Positions 49,769 to 61,477 are shown, numbered from the stretch's first letter. The stretch: DNA of 64,000 bases from Calditrichales bacterium (GCA_965267575.1 OZ254086.1:3008001-3072000); one strand, 5' to 3'. Notes: generated by a model not told the origin, from the sequence alone. Numbers and translations: made by a program.

Positions 49769-51270
49769 AGCTTCATTTCCCGCGATCCACACAAAACTGG
49801 CTGACGCTGAGCGGCGCAATGATCGCGCTTATCAGTCTGTCGATGATCGTTTTTCTGTTTGTGATTTCATTATTTTCGAGCGCTGAGCACACCTATCTCG
49901 GCCTGGTAATCTATATTCTTTTACCAACCGTAATGATTATAGGTCTTTTGTTGATTCCGCTCGGCATGTGGCTGACCGTTCGTAAAGAAAAAAGAACGGG
50001 AAAACGCACGCCTGTTGAATGGCCCAAAATGGACCTTAACGATACGCGTCATCGCCACGCTTTTTTTATTTTTACTATTGGAACGACCATTTTCCTGTTT
50101 TTGTCAGCTGTGGGCAGTTATGAAGCTTTCCATTATACCGAGTCGGTGGAGTTTTGCGGCACGTTATGCCATAACCTGATGATACCCGAATACACGGCCT
50201 ATCAGCATTCGCCGCATGCCCGTGTGGCCTGCGTGGAATGTCATGTGGGTTCCGGTGCTGACTGGTATGTGCGCAGTAAGCTTTCCGGCGCTTACCAGGT
50301 ATATGCCACCCTTGCGGATGAATATCCGCGGCCTATCCCGACACCTATCCAAAATTTGCGTCCCGCGCGGGAGACATGTGAAACCTGCCACTGGCCGCAG
50401 AAGTTCTATTCACGCAAACTAAGGACGGAAACACATTTTCTCGGCGATGAAGAAAATACCCGGTGGGATTATCAGCTGTTGATGAAGATCGGCGGCGAGA
50501 ATGTGGCGGAAGGCTACCGTGAAGGTATCCACTGGCACATTAATCCGAGTGTTAAAGTAGAATACATAGCCACTGACGAGAGCCGTGAAGAATTGCCCTG
50601 GGTGCGCTATACAAATATGGAAACCGGTGAAGTAACTGTTTATAACGATGAAGACGATCCTCTGGACGAAGAAATGATCAAAGAGGAAAATATACGCAGT
50701 ATGGATTGTATTGATTGCCACAACCGGCCCTCGCACGACTACCGGCCTCCGATCACATTTATCAACCAGGCTATCGCGGCCGGTGATATTCCCGTTGAAC
50801 TACCGGAGATTAAATACACGGCCGTTGAATTATGCGATAAGGAATACGGTACAATGGATTCCGCCATGGCCGGGTTGGCGGCGGAACTTACCGAGTTTTA
50901 TGAAGATAACTACCCGGAGATTATTGAAGAGGAGCCTGAGCTTCTTGCCCGGGCTATTGCCGGTGTTCAACAGGCCTACAGCAAAAACATTTTCCCGGAA
51001 ATGAAAGTACGCTGGGATGCTTATCCCAATCATATCGGGCACCTGGATTATGCAGGCTGCTTCCGCTGCCATAATGACCGCCACGCCAGTAAGGACGGCG
51101 AGGTGATCAGCCGCGACTGCAATGCCTGCCATCTGATTATTGCCCAGGGCACGCCCGATGATATGCAGCTGGCGCGAACCGGTGAATGGCTTGAGTTTGA
51201 GCATCCCGATGGATATGATGACTGGAAAGATACTTTATGTTCGGATTGCCACGGTGGCTTAAATCCGTAA
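49765..51270 (+). CDS. ImcH-like NapC/NirT-family inner-membrane heptaheme cytochrome
   Basis: Three N-terminal TMs; CGTLCH plus 6 CxxCH; LRPARETCETCHWP, GIHWH, CHNRPSH, NIFPEMKVRW. Confidence 0.88.
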   Translation: MKLHFPRSTQNWLTLSGAMIALISLSMIVFLFVISLFSSAEHTYLGLVIYILLPTVMIIGLLLIPLGMWLTVRKEKRTGKRTPVEWPKMDLNDTRHRHAFFIFTIGTTIFLFLSAVGSYEAFHYTESVEFCGTLCHNLMIPEYTAYQHSPHARVACVECHVGSGADWYVRSKLSGAYQVYATLADEYPRPIPTPIQNLRPARETCETCHWPQKFYSRKLRTETHFLGDEENTRWDYQLLMKIGGENVAEGYREGIHWHINPSVKVEYIATDESREELPWVRYTNMETGEVTVYNDEDDPLDEEMIKEENIRSMDCIDCHNRPSHDYRPPITFINQAIAAGDIPVELPEIKYTAVELCDKEYGTMDSAMAGLAAELTEFYEDNYPEIIEEEPELLARAIAGVQQAYSKNIFPEMKVRWDAYPNHIGHLDYAGCFRCHNDRHASKDGEVISRDCNACHLIIAQGTPDDMQLARTGEWLEFEHPDGYDDWKDTLCSDCHGGLNP

Positions 51271-51304
51271 AAATTAACTCACTAAATAACCTGAGGAGGT
51301 TACT

Positions 51305-51874
51305 ATGAAATTATGGGCATTCCTGTTAATCCTCGCGATCCCGTTTGTGGTATTTGCGCAGGATGAGGATGATGAAGACACAGGTGATGGATACAGCTAC
51401 GTTGGCATTGACAGATGTAAAACCTGCCACCGTAAACCTGACCAGGGCGAGCAGCTCAAGATTTGGGAAAATAGCGCGCATGCCAAGGCTTTCAAGACAT
51501 TAAAAAGCGAAGAAGCACAAAAAATCGCTAAAGAAAAAGGCTTGAAAGTAGCTGCTCACGAAGCACCTGAATGCTTAAGCTGCCATGCTACGGGATACGA
51601 TGCCGAGCCGGCCATGCTGGGCAAAAAATTTAATATGGAAGATGGTGTGCAGTGCGAAACCTGTCACGGACCGGGAAGCAAGTACCGTAAGAAAAAGATC
51701 ATGGAAGACCGCCAGGCCAGCATTGATGCAGGCATGACGCCGATTCTGGTTAGCGACGGTACGGCTAAAAAGCAGTGCGTTGAGTGCCACAACGAAAAAA
51801 GCCCTACATTTAAAGGCTTTGATTTCGATAAAATGTGGAAAGAAATCGCTCATCCTGTTCCCGCCGCTAAATAG
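51305..51874 (+). CDS. Periplasmic tetraheme cytochrome (c554-like)
   Basis: Signal peptide; YVG..CKTCH, HAKA, CLSCH, GVQCETCHGPGS, CVECH, IAHP. Confidence 0.9.
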   Translation: MKLWAFLLILAIPFVVFAQDEDDEDTGDGYSYVGIDRCKTCHRKPDQGEQLKIWENSAHAKAFKTLKSEEAQKIAKEKGLKVAAHEAPECLSCHATGYDAEPAMLGKKFNMEDGVQCETCHGPGSKYRKKKIMEDRQASIDAGMTPILVSDGTAKKQCVECHNEKSPTFKGFDFDKMWKEIAHPVPAAK

Positions 51875-51890
51875 CGGAAATATGTAAAAG

Positions 51891-51922
51891 AAAAAGGCGC
51901 CATCCCAGGCGCCTTTTTTTTT
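51891..51922 (+). terminator. Bidirectional intrinsic terminator
   Basis: AAAAAGGCGCC-ATCCCA-GGCGCCTTTTTTTTT between convergent genes. Confidence 0.88.
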
Positions 51923-51973
51923 ATCTCAAATCAACTCTTGATCATGACCCTGATCGTGATTTTTCACTACTCT

Positions 51974-53599
51974 TTAATAACTAAGCGTCCAATTACCATT
52001 TGGCTTTAAATTCAACGTATCCTGCTCGGCAATATAATCTATCAGAATTGTGCGAACATCCTGGCTTGATTTGTAAATGATCTCCGCGTTACCGGCACCC
52101 GCCGCCTGCATGTGGCCACCGCCTCCACTGGCCCGGTAGCTGTTCATGGCTACGTTATAAATCTTATCAAGTTCCAAAGGCTCACCTGTGCGTAATAGTC
52201 TAAGGTTTTGTATGCGATTGCCCGGTTTCTCGCGCAAGTTAATAGTATAAGAGACGCCTTCCGCCATATCATAATTATAGCCCTGCATATCGGGGTTGGC
52301 TTTTGGCTTACCTTCTTCAAGCTCATAATAGCCGGAGGCATATTCCAAAAAATCTTTTATTTGCCGACCGCTCATTTTTACTTCATACAGGGTGTTGTCA
52401 TAAACATAAATGCCAAACAGATCCTTTTTGCGCAGCGGCCCGGCGGACAAAGAAAAGTTCGTGTTGAAACAGGCTGCAAACGAAATCTCCGCTCCGGTAT
52501 GGGCAAGCTGCGCGTCGTGGATAAGGTCCATGACAGCCGTGTCTTTAAAGCGTGCTTCTTCCGCATTCAGGTCAGTTTTGCTGTAGCCGATCACCGCAGC
52601 TATCGAATCCAGCGTTTTTTGATGGTAGTAAGATGTGAGCTGAAGGATTTCCTTTGCCGGCTCCACGTTTGCCGTGCTTTCCAGCCAGCCACGGGCAGAC
52701 ACGATTTTTATAAGATCGCCATTCCGGCTCAGAACGAATTCAGCTACGGCAAGGTTTCGGCCGTGGGAGCCGGCGTTTAAACGGAGCGGCAATTCTGTGG
52801 AAGCGGTCTCTTCTGTGCTGCCGGGCAGCGGGTGCGCGCGGTGCGAATGACCTGCAAGGATGAGATCAAATCCAGGCACCTGCTCGGCGACCAGGCCCGA
52901 TGCGTTCTCGTTGGGGAGGCCCGCCGCTTCGCTTTGCGCCTGGCTGTATCCCGCATTAAAGCCGGCATGAAATAAACCTATCAGCACATCAACTTTTTGC
53001 CGCAATTCAGGCGCAAAAGATTGTGCGGTTTCCACCATGTCAGCCCAGGTAATGCCGGGATAAAGGCTTTCATCCAGCCACATCGGTATGCCCGGTGTGG
53101 TCAGGCCCAGAATGCCGATGCGAATATTTCCGCGCTCAATTACAGTGTAAGGAGAAAAGAAAATCCGTCCATCCGGCATAACCGCATTCGCAGAAAGGAA
53201 AGGGAATTTTGCCTCACGTTCAGCACGCGTGTAAACGAACAGACCCTGCTCGATATCATGATTGCCAACGGCAAACGCGTCATAGCCCATATAATTCATG
53301 GCCAGGATCATCGGGTGCGGCTTGTCTGTTTCATACTGATTAAAATGCGAAACGAGTGGCGATCCCTGAAGCAGGTCACCGCTGTCCAGCAGAATAACAT
53401 TACGTTTTTCCGTGCGATATTTTTTTACCAGAGTGTAGATCTTTGCGAGACCCACTTTGTCATCAGCCTGATCTTTGTAGTAGTCGTAAGGGTAGATATG
53501 TCCGTGAATATCAGTGGTTTGAAGGACATATAAGGTGTCGCTGGTTTGCGAAATTGCAAGGCCCAGAGCAGCCAGTAAAAGTATGCATATCTTTTTCAT
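51974..53599 (-). CDS. Secreted 2',3'-cyclic-nucleotide phosphodiesterase/5'-nucleotidase (CpdB-like)
   Basis: TTDIHG, DSGDLLQG, GNHD, GHSH; C-terminal YNYD, NSYRASGGGG. Confidence 0.9.
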   Translation of the reverse strand: MKKICILLLAALGLAISQTSDTLYVLQTTDIHGHIYPYDYYKDQADDKVGLAKIYTLVKKYRTEKRNVILLDSGDLLQGSPLVSHFNQYETDKPHPMILAMNYMGYDAFAVGNHDIEQGLFVYTRAEREAKFPFLSANAVMPDGRIFFSPYTVIERGNIRIGILGLTTPGIPMWLDESLYPGITWADMVETAQSFAPELRQKVDVLIGLFHAGFNAGYSQAQSEAAGLPNENASGLVAEQVPGFDLILAGHSHRAHPLPGSTEETASTELPLRLNAGSHGRNLAVAEFVLSRNGDLIKIVSARGWLESTANVEPAKEILQLTSYYHQKTLDSIAAVIGYSKTDLNAEEARFKDTAVMDLIHDAQLAHTGAEISFAACFNTNFSLSAGPLRKKDLFGIYVYDNTLYEVKMSGRQIKDFLEYASGYYELEEGKPKANPDMQGYNYDMAEGVSYTINLREKPGNRIQNLRLLRTGEPLELDKIYNVAMNSYRASGGGGHMQAAGAGNAEIIYKSSQDVRTILIDYIAEQDTLNLKPNGNWTLSY

Positions 53600-53653
53600 C
53601 AGTACTCCAAATATTTGGTCGGGAAACTAAAAAGGGCCCATGAATACTTCACC

Positions 53654-54421
53654 TTATAGGAAGAGCACAACAAGGACGGCCGGGACCACTGCCGTGACAA
53701 TCGAAAGCAGCGATCCGATCAAAAAGTATTCGGCAAATTGCTTGTTCTCCAGCTCTTTAAAACGGGCCAGGGATTTTAAGGCGATGAGGATCGCAATCGC
53801 GCCAACCTGCCCGGCAATCACCAGAAAATAGATCAGTCCGCGCTCCAGGATGCCGATCAGCCTGCCGCGCTCAAACTCGCGCCGGTCGGTTTGGCCGGAC
53901 TTTTCATCTTTGCGTGGCACGGCGCTGAGCTGTTTCAAAACCAGGCGAATGATGATCGTGCTTTCTTTAATCGTGAAAATAAATCCGCCGCCCGCCGCGA
54001 GGATCATCTGCACCCGCTCAGGATGAAAAAGATACTCCAGCAGATCGACGTGCAGACGCAGCGGCACCAGGACAAACATCAACGGGTTAAAAACGCTAAA
54101 GGCCTCCATGTCGATCAGGCTGTAGCAAATATGGGCCAGCAAAAAGACCAGAGCCCACTGTGCCCCGTAAAGCTGCAATCGCCGACGCATTTGGCGGGGT
54201 GTAATAAAACTGTCCGCGGTAACTGCAAGGGTATGCAGCAGGAAAAGAAGCACAGCCTCAAAGACATTTTCCAGCATCAGAAAACCGCTCAGTCCAAACA
54301 AAATACGGCCCAGAACGCGCCGGTGGCGGCTGTTGCCGTTTACAACAAAGCGCGTATCGAGGAAGAAAAGGCGGGCAGCCAGATAAACGAAAAGAAAAAG
54401 CAGAATGGGATCGTGGGTCAT
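53654..54421 (-). CDS. DUF3307/SatE-like membrane protein
   Basis: GRLIGILER...KSLARFKEL...AEYFLIGSLLS; start MTHD overlaps satD stop (ATGA). Confidence 0.82.
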   Translation of the reverse strand: MTHDPILLFLFVYLAARLFFLDTRFVVNGNSRHRRVLGRILFGLSGFLMLENVFEAVLLFLLHTLAVTADSFITPRQMRRRLQLYGAQWALVFLLAHICYSLIDMEAFSVFNPLMFVLVPLRLHVDLLEYLFHPERVQMILAAGGGFIFTIKESTIIIRLVLKQLSAVPRKDEKSGQTDRREFERGRLIGILERGLIYFLVIAGQVGAIAILIALKSLARFKELENKQFAEYFLIGSLLSIVTAVVPAVLVVLFL

Positions 54422-55065
54422 GTGTGCAATGCCATTTTGATTGTATTTTGCAGATGCTTCCTGCTTTCGGCAACCAGTATAACGGCCGGGTCGGTTAGCA
54501 TTTTGGAAACCGCCGGCTGTGAAACAGTCAATTTTACGGCAATTTTCTTTTGTGTCCAATTTTGCCCGGACAAATACACCGCGTTGCTTTTATGGGTACT
54601 CCAGCCGTTTTCGCTTAAGCCGATCCAGTGCAGCAGCAGGTTTAACGCCTGTGCGTCGATTGTTTCCATGGCCGTGTTGAGGTGGTACTTGAAGGCGTTT
54701 TTTTTGGCAAACTCCAGGCTGCTGCGGGCCTGGTGAAAGGCCGGGCCATCCATGCCTATGGCAGCGCTGCGGTTGATTTCTGTGTCAATTGCAGCAATGC
54801 CGACACCGTACCTAAAGCGGATCGCGGCCTCGCTGTTGCGCAGCTCCTGCTCAAAAAACGCGATCAGATCCAGAAAAGGGCAATCGGGCCTGAGCACCGC
54901 CTGGAATTCATCGCCGATGGTTAATGTAAGTGGTGAAACAATCGCACTTTTAAATTGATTGTTGCTGCTTTGCAGTGCCCGGCTAAAAGCGGACTGCATT
55001 TCGGAACGACTCGCCAAACGGCGTGACTCAACAATATCACCGATGAGAACACAGTAATTATTCAT
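54418..55065 (-). CDS. SatD family protein
   Basis: IGDIVESR, TIGDEFQ, GMDGPAFHQAR, C-terminal HTH TQKKIA...SQPAVS. Confidence 0.9.
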   Translation of the reverse strand: MNNYCVLIGDIVESRRLASRSEMQSAFSRALQSSNNQFKSAIVSPLTLTIGDEFQAVLRPDCPFLDLIAFFEQELRNSEAAIRFRYGVGIAAIDTEINRSAAIGMDGPAFHQARSSLEFAKKNAFKYHLNTAMETIDAQALNLLLHWIGLSENGWSTHKSNAVYLSGQNWTQKKIAVKLTVSQPAVSKMLTDPAVILVAESRKHLQNTIKMALHT

Positions 55066-55069
55066 GGTT

Positions 55070-55127
55070 ATAACTTTATTGATTATTTTATGTAAATATA
55101 ACTAAATAAATTATAATATCAAGTTAT
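55070..55127. promoter_or_regulatory. Repeated ATAAC-N7-ATTAT sites upstream of satD
   Basis: ATAACTTTATTGATTAT (55070-55086), ATAACTAAATAAATTAT (55098-55114), shorter third copy 55113-55127. Confidence 0.5.
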
Positions 55128-55172
55128 AATTAATAAAGTAATAAAAGCCCCCAGAGTATGAGGGCTGAGCGA

Positions 55173-56231
55173 CTATCGTGGTGGGCTTGAGAGGTGAGAG
55201 CCTTTTGAAAAAAACGCGTTGACGTGATGCTGGTTGCGTCGCGCCGGCAACGTAATGTCCTTAAAGCGCAGGCTGAGACGGTAGAGGTTATCTTGCCAGT
55301 AGCGGACCTTGAATTTGCGTTTGACGAAATTGTCAATATTCCAGAAGAGTTTTTCCGGTCCGCTAACAGGCCTGGGGTTTTCGGTAAAAACAGGGTAATG
55401 GTAGCTGGCAAGCAGGTTGCCGGCTACACGTTCAAACATACGCAGTTGCCTTTGCGAAAAACGATTCTTCCATTTAAAGAAGTTACCCCTGCGCAAATCA
55501 TTTCCGATATGCTCGTTGATAAAGCGGAGCAGCTCGCCGTCCGCGTCATCAATAGAAAGAAAGCGGATCATTTGGGCAAACACGTCCAGCGGATGCGAAA
55601 GCAGGTCTTCATACCTGATTTCAAGAAAACGCCCCTGCGGCAGGCTGTACCCGAAGTCGCGGATCATATTTAGTTTGTTAAACCAGTCATCGGCGGCGCG
55701 GTAAACGTTTTTGGCGCCAAAAGGCGTTTCAAATTCCGAAAGCGTCACATCGCGTCCGTCCCGAACGATATGGAGATATTTGGCGTCCGGAAAAAGCTTG
55801 TTCAAAACCGGCAGGTCATGAATGTACTCCGGTGTTTTGTCGCCCCAACGCACCATTCCATGGTATGCGGCGAACTGTTCAAAAATCACGCGCAGAATAC
55901 CGCTATAGCTTTTATCCTTTAAATTTTCCAGGGCACTTTCATTATCAAATACAAAGCCAAAGCGCTTGTTAATTCTTCTGAACCAGCGTTCACGGCTAAT
56001 GTCCGCGATCAGGTGTTTGGCATTTTCAGGATTGCTTAAATCGCCATATTGCGGAAGCTTGTTGTAATAGCGTATAATAAACTGGCTCTCTGTCCCAAAA
56101 TTGACCTTCAGATATTTGCGGATCATTTTAATTAAAATGCTTGTGCCGGAACGGCCGTGTCCGAGCACAAACAACGGGCTTGTTTCGCTGTGCTTTACAT
56201 TCAGGTCATAGAGTATTTCCGGAAGTGACAC
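55173..56231 (-). CDS. Sulfotransferase family protein
   Basis: GHGRSGTS PAPS loop, WGDKTP, IVRDGRDVTLS, RYEDL. Confidence 0.9.
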   Translation of the reverse strand: MSLPEILYDLNVKHSETSPLFVLGHGRSGTSILIKMIRKYLKVNFGTESQFIIRYYNKLPQYGDLSNPENAKHLIADISRERWFRRINKRFGFVFDNESALENLKDKSYSGILRVIFEQFAAYHGMVRWGDKTPEYIHDLPVLNKLFPDAKYLHIVRDGRDVTLSEFETPFGAKNVYRAADDWFNKLNMIRDFGYSLPQGRFLEIRYEDLLSHPLDVFAQMIRFLSIDDADGELLRFINEHIGNDLRRGNFFKWKNRFSQRQLRMFERVAGNLLASYHYPVFTENPRPVSGPEKLFWNIDNFVKRKFKVRYWQDNLYRLSLRFKDITLPARRNQHHVNAFFSKGSHLSSPPR

Positions 56232-56462
56232 AATCCCTCCTTTTTGAGTTGACGTTATTTAGAGAAACTGTGTTAAGAATAGATTAGTATGCGTTTAGTA
56301 TCGCTTTAACGCCTGTTAGATTTTTGTAATGGCTGAAACATTCAATAATGGGGACGGGCCTTGTTTTGATATTGGATTCAGGGAATTTTGTGGTAAAAGA
56401 AAACTGTTTTGATAACAATTTTTATGTAGATTGATCGCTCATTTCTGACCTAAGCCTGCTTC

Positions 56463-58574
<2,112 letters not shown>

Positions 58575-59435
58575 CTACAGGTAGCTCCAAAGCAGGCCTT
58601 CCGCCTGGCCCAGATAACCCGCCCCAAACAGATTCAGATGATTGAGAATATGATAAAGCTTATAGATATTTTCGCGCTTACGGTGTCCCGGAGGCAACGG
58701 AAAAGCCTCCGTATAGGCGTCGTAAAAGCGCGGACTAAATCCGCCAAAAACCTTGGTCATGGCCAGATCGGCTTCACGGTGGCCATAGTAAACGGCCGGA
58801 TCGATCAAACAGGGTCCGCCTTTTTCATCCACAATGAAATTGCCGCTCCATAGATCGCCGTGCAACAGGGCAGGGTATTCCTCGCTGTCGCCGATAATGT
58901 CATCGATTTTTGATTCTATTTCGCGGAAGCCTTTTGTCAGTTTGGGCGAGGCCAGACCGCGGCTTTCAGCAAGGTTGTATTGATAAAGAAGACGCTTTTC
59001 AAAGTAGAACGCTTTCCACTCCTGCTGCTGATGTTTCCCGGCAATATTTTTTTGTTCAGTGTGTCCGATAAAATTGTCTTCATAAAAACCGTATTGCGTG
59101 CCGCGATAGCGGTGCATCTCCGCAAAGCGTCTGCCAAAATCTTCCCAGAAGTCTTTCTTTTGCGGCGCTGCTTCAACGTAGTCCATCAGTAAAAAATCTT
59201 CTTCGGCCAGGTGCACGTGCGGTATGTGGATCGCTTTGGCTTTTTCCATTTCACGCAAACCATTGGCCTCGCAGGGAAACATACGCTTGTCCTGCGCCCC
59301 TGTTTTTAGCACAAAGCGCCGGCCGGATTCCGTTTCCAGCCACTGCGTAGTGGCGATCGAACCGCCGCCGATGCTATGGCTGTTTACGATCTTTTCGCCG
59401 CAAAAATCTTCAATTTTTTGTTGTATGTCCGGCAT
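58575..59435 (-). CDS. Fructosamine kinase family protein
   Basis: LLHGDLWSGN, IDPAVYYGHREADLAM, LYHILNH. Confidence 0.92.
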   Translation of the reverse strand: MPDIQQKIEDFCGEKIVNSHSIGGGSIATTQWLETESGRRFVLKTGAQDKRMFPCEANGLREMEKAKAIHIPHVHLAEEDFLLMDYVEAAPQKKDFWEDFGRRFAEMHRYRGTQYGFYEDNFIGHTEQKNIAGKHQQQEWKAFYFEKRLLYQYNLAESRGLASPKLTKGFREIESKIDDIIGDSEEYPALLHGDLWSGNFIVDEKGGPCLIDPAVYYGHREADLAMTKVFGGFSPRFYDAYTEAFPLPPGHRKRENIYKLYHILNHLNLFGAGYLGQAEGLLWSYL

Positions 59436-59438
59436 ATT

Positions 59439-59915
59439 CTATTTGATTTCTTTTTTGATTTCGTCAAGCAGTCCGGCACAGGCATCTTCCAGCAGGTCCA
59501 GCACTTTTTCGAAACCCTGCGGACCGCCGTAATAGGGGTCCGGTACAGATTCGGCGTCATGCCGGCGGCAGTAGTCGGTCATTTTGGAAAACTTGTGCCT
59601 GTAGCGCTTTTGCGGGTCGGCGGCAAGCAGCTCACGCAGATTGTCATCATCCATGGCGATGATGCGATCGAATTCTTCAAAATCATCTGCTGCTTTTACC
59701 TGGCGCGCGATCGAGGTAAGCTCATAGCCTCGGCGAGCGGCATGTTGCTGCATGCGCTGATCGGCCGGTTCGCCAACATGGTAGGCGATGGTTCCGGCGG
59801 AATCGATAAAGATTTTACCGGAAAGGCCTTCCTTTTCCACGAGCGCTTTCATCACCGCTTCAGCGCTGGGTGAACGGCAGATATTGCCCATACAGACAAA
59901 TAGTATTTTATACAC
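59439..59915 (-). CDS. Low molecular weight protein-tyrosine phosphatase
   Basis: VCMGNICRSP, VPDPYYGG. Confidence 0.95.
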   Translation of the reverse strand: MYKILFVCMGNICRSPSAEAVMKALVEKEGLSGKIFIDSAGTIAYHVGEPADQRMQQHAARRGYELTSIARQVKAADDFEEFDRIIAMDDDNLRELLAADPQKRYRHKFSKMTDYCRRHDAESVPDPYYGGPQGFEKVLDLLEDACAGLLDEIKKEIK

Positions 59916-59985
59916 AAACGCTCCTTGTTATGTCGCGAAAAAGCAAACATAAGCAAGGAGCGTAAAAGGTTCAATCGAAGCCGGC

Positions 59986-60324
59986 TCAGGGATTTTTGCG
60001 TGCCTGCGTCTCACCGCTGGTTTGGATACCCTTTGATATAACATAGGTGCCGCCGCTGATGCCAAGCAGGATAAATATTTCAGGCGGAATGGTATCGGGA
60101 AAATCGGGCGGCCGCTGCGAAACGATGATGAGCAGCAGGCTCATGGCAATCACAAACGTAAAAATCAGGAACTGAAAGCGCGACAGGCTGGCTGATCCGT
60201 CTTTTTCGCTGATCAGTTTGGACAGATCGATCTTGCCCGAGATAATGTAATAGATGATAATGATCCCGAGGGCGCCAATAAAAACGGCGGTGATCCATCC
60301 GGCAATCAATGCCAGGTTTTGCAT
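59986..60324 (-). CDS. Small three-TM hypothetical protein (paralog A)
   Basis: 112 aa; SLSRFQ, FPDTIP, LGISGGTY; RBS AGGAGG. Confidence 0.75.
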   Translation of the reverse strand: MQNLALIAGWITAVFIGALGIIIIYYIISGKIDLSKLISEKDGSASLSRFQFLIFTFVIAMSLLLIIVSQRPPDFPDTIPPEIFILLGISGGTYVISKGIQTSGETQARKNP

Positions 60325-60350
60325 GTAAGCCTCCTTTTGATGGGAAATTG

Positions 60351-60689
60351 TCAGGGTGTGGGTGATTTCGGTTTAAAGAAGTTGAAAACGGATTGCGCCT
60401 TGCCCGCGAGATAAAGCGAACTGCTGCCGCCCAAAACAACCAGCATTTCCGTTGGTATATCCGGAAATTGCTGCGGGTTTTTATATGTCAATACAAGGTA
60501 GTACAAGCCGATCGTTAAGCTGAAAAAGAGTTTTTGGATGCGGCCGGGACTGATCTGTCCGTTGGTTTTGTCGCGCAGCATTCCGGCGGTATTGATGCGC
60601 CCGGTCAGGAGCTGGTAAAAGACAACGACAAAAAGCGCCCCTGTGAAAAGTATTAAAAAATAGTAATAAAAATCGGCCAGCGAAGACAT
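60351..60689 (-). CDS. Small three-TM hypothetical protein (paralog B)
   Basis: 112 aa; SPGRIQ, FPDIP, LGGSSSLY. Confidence 0.75.
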   Translation of the reverse strand: MSSLADFYYYFLILFTGALFVVVFYQLLTGRINTAGMLRDKTNGQISPGRIQKLFFSLTIGLYYLVLTYKNPQQFPDIPTEMLVVLGGSSSLYLAGKAQSVFNFFKPKSPTP

Positions 60690-60808
60690 ATGCGAACCCC
60701 CGTTTTGTGTGAGTTCCCGGGAGTCCGTTCCCTTTCATCGCTTCCGTGTTTTGGTATGTATTCAGGATTGCTGCAAAACTTAGACGTCCACCTGATAGGT
60801 GTCAAGCG

Positions 60809-61477
60809 TTATTTTCGTAAACTTACGGTGATTTTACCTGCTGTGTCTTCCGGGATAGCCAGTGAGCGCTGGCCGTTGCTGATAAGAAAACACTCGCCGC
60901 CCGGCGGTATCTCCGTCATTGTCCAGAATGAGCCGGCGACCAGATCCATCTTTTTGTAATAGTCATGCTCCTGTTTACTAAGCTCCAGGTCCAGCACGGT
61001 AAAAGAGTGGTTTAAAGCGATTTCATTTAGATGGATATTTTTTTCATGCTTATCCCATTCCGGTATAGGTGAGCCGTGCGGATCTTTGTCCGGAAAACCC
61101 AGGTATGCATCGATGCGGTACATCAACTGGTCTGAGATAACATGCTCCAGTTTTTCGGCCTCATCGTGTATCAGCGGGTCATCCATGCCCAGCACGGTTT
61201 CCAGGAACGTTTCAATCAGCCTGTGTTTGCGTACAAGTTTGCGCGCTTTGTTCTCGCCCTGTCCGGTCAGCCGTGCGCCTTCCGTTTTGTTATATTCCAG
61301 CCAGCCCGCTTTCTGCAGTTGGCTGAACATCGACAGGACCGTCGGCGATTTCACGCTAAGCTGGTCTGCGACTACTTTGGCGGTGGCTTTGGCGCGTTCC
61401 CGCTGCAGGTGCCAGATTATTTTAAGATAATCTTCCTGGCTGCGCGTAAGGCGCTGGTTAGTTTGAGACCTGGTCAT
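60809..61477 (-). CDS. DtxR/MntR family metal-dependent regulator with FeoA-like C-domain
   Basis: EDYLKII, RKHRLIETFL, HDEAEKLEH, DPHGSPIP. Confidence 0.93.
   Translation of the reverse strand: MTRSQTNQRLTRSQEDYLKIIWHLQRERAKATAKVVADQLSVKSPTVLSMFSQLQKAGWLEYNKTEGARLTGQGENKARKLVRKHRLIETFLETVLGMDDPLIHDEAEKLEHVISDQLMYRIDAYLGFPDKDPHGSPIPEWDKHEKNIHLNEIALNHSFTVLDLELSKQEHDYYKKMDLVAGSFWTMTEIPPGGECFLISNGQRSLAIPEDTAGKITVSLRK

Noticed and set aside
48776..49819. 347-aa antisense ORF (and similar shadows at 9464-10279, 25539-26327, 53891-54736)
   Set aside because: Fully overlaps well-supported genes on the other strand and has no recognisable motifs
39148..51874. Selenocysteine or frameshift recoding in the cytochrome genes
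   Set aside because: All ORFs appear complete, with normal starts, stops and coupling
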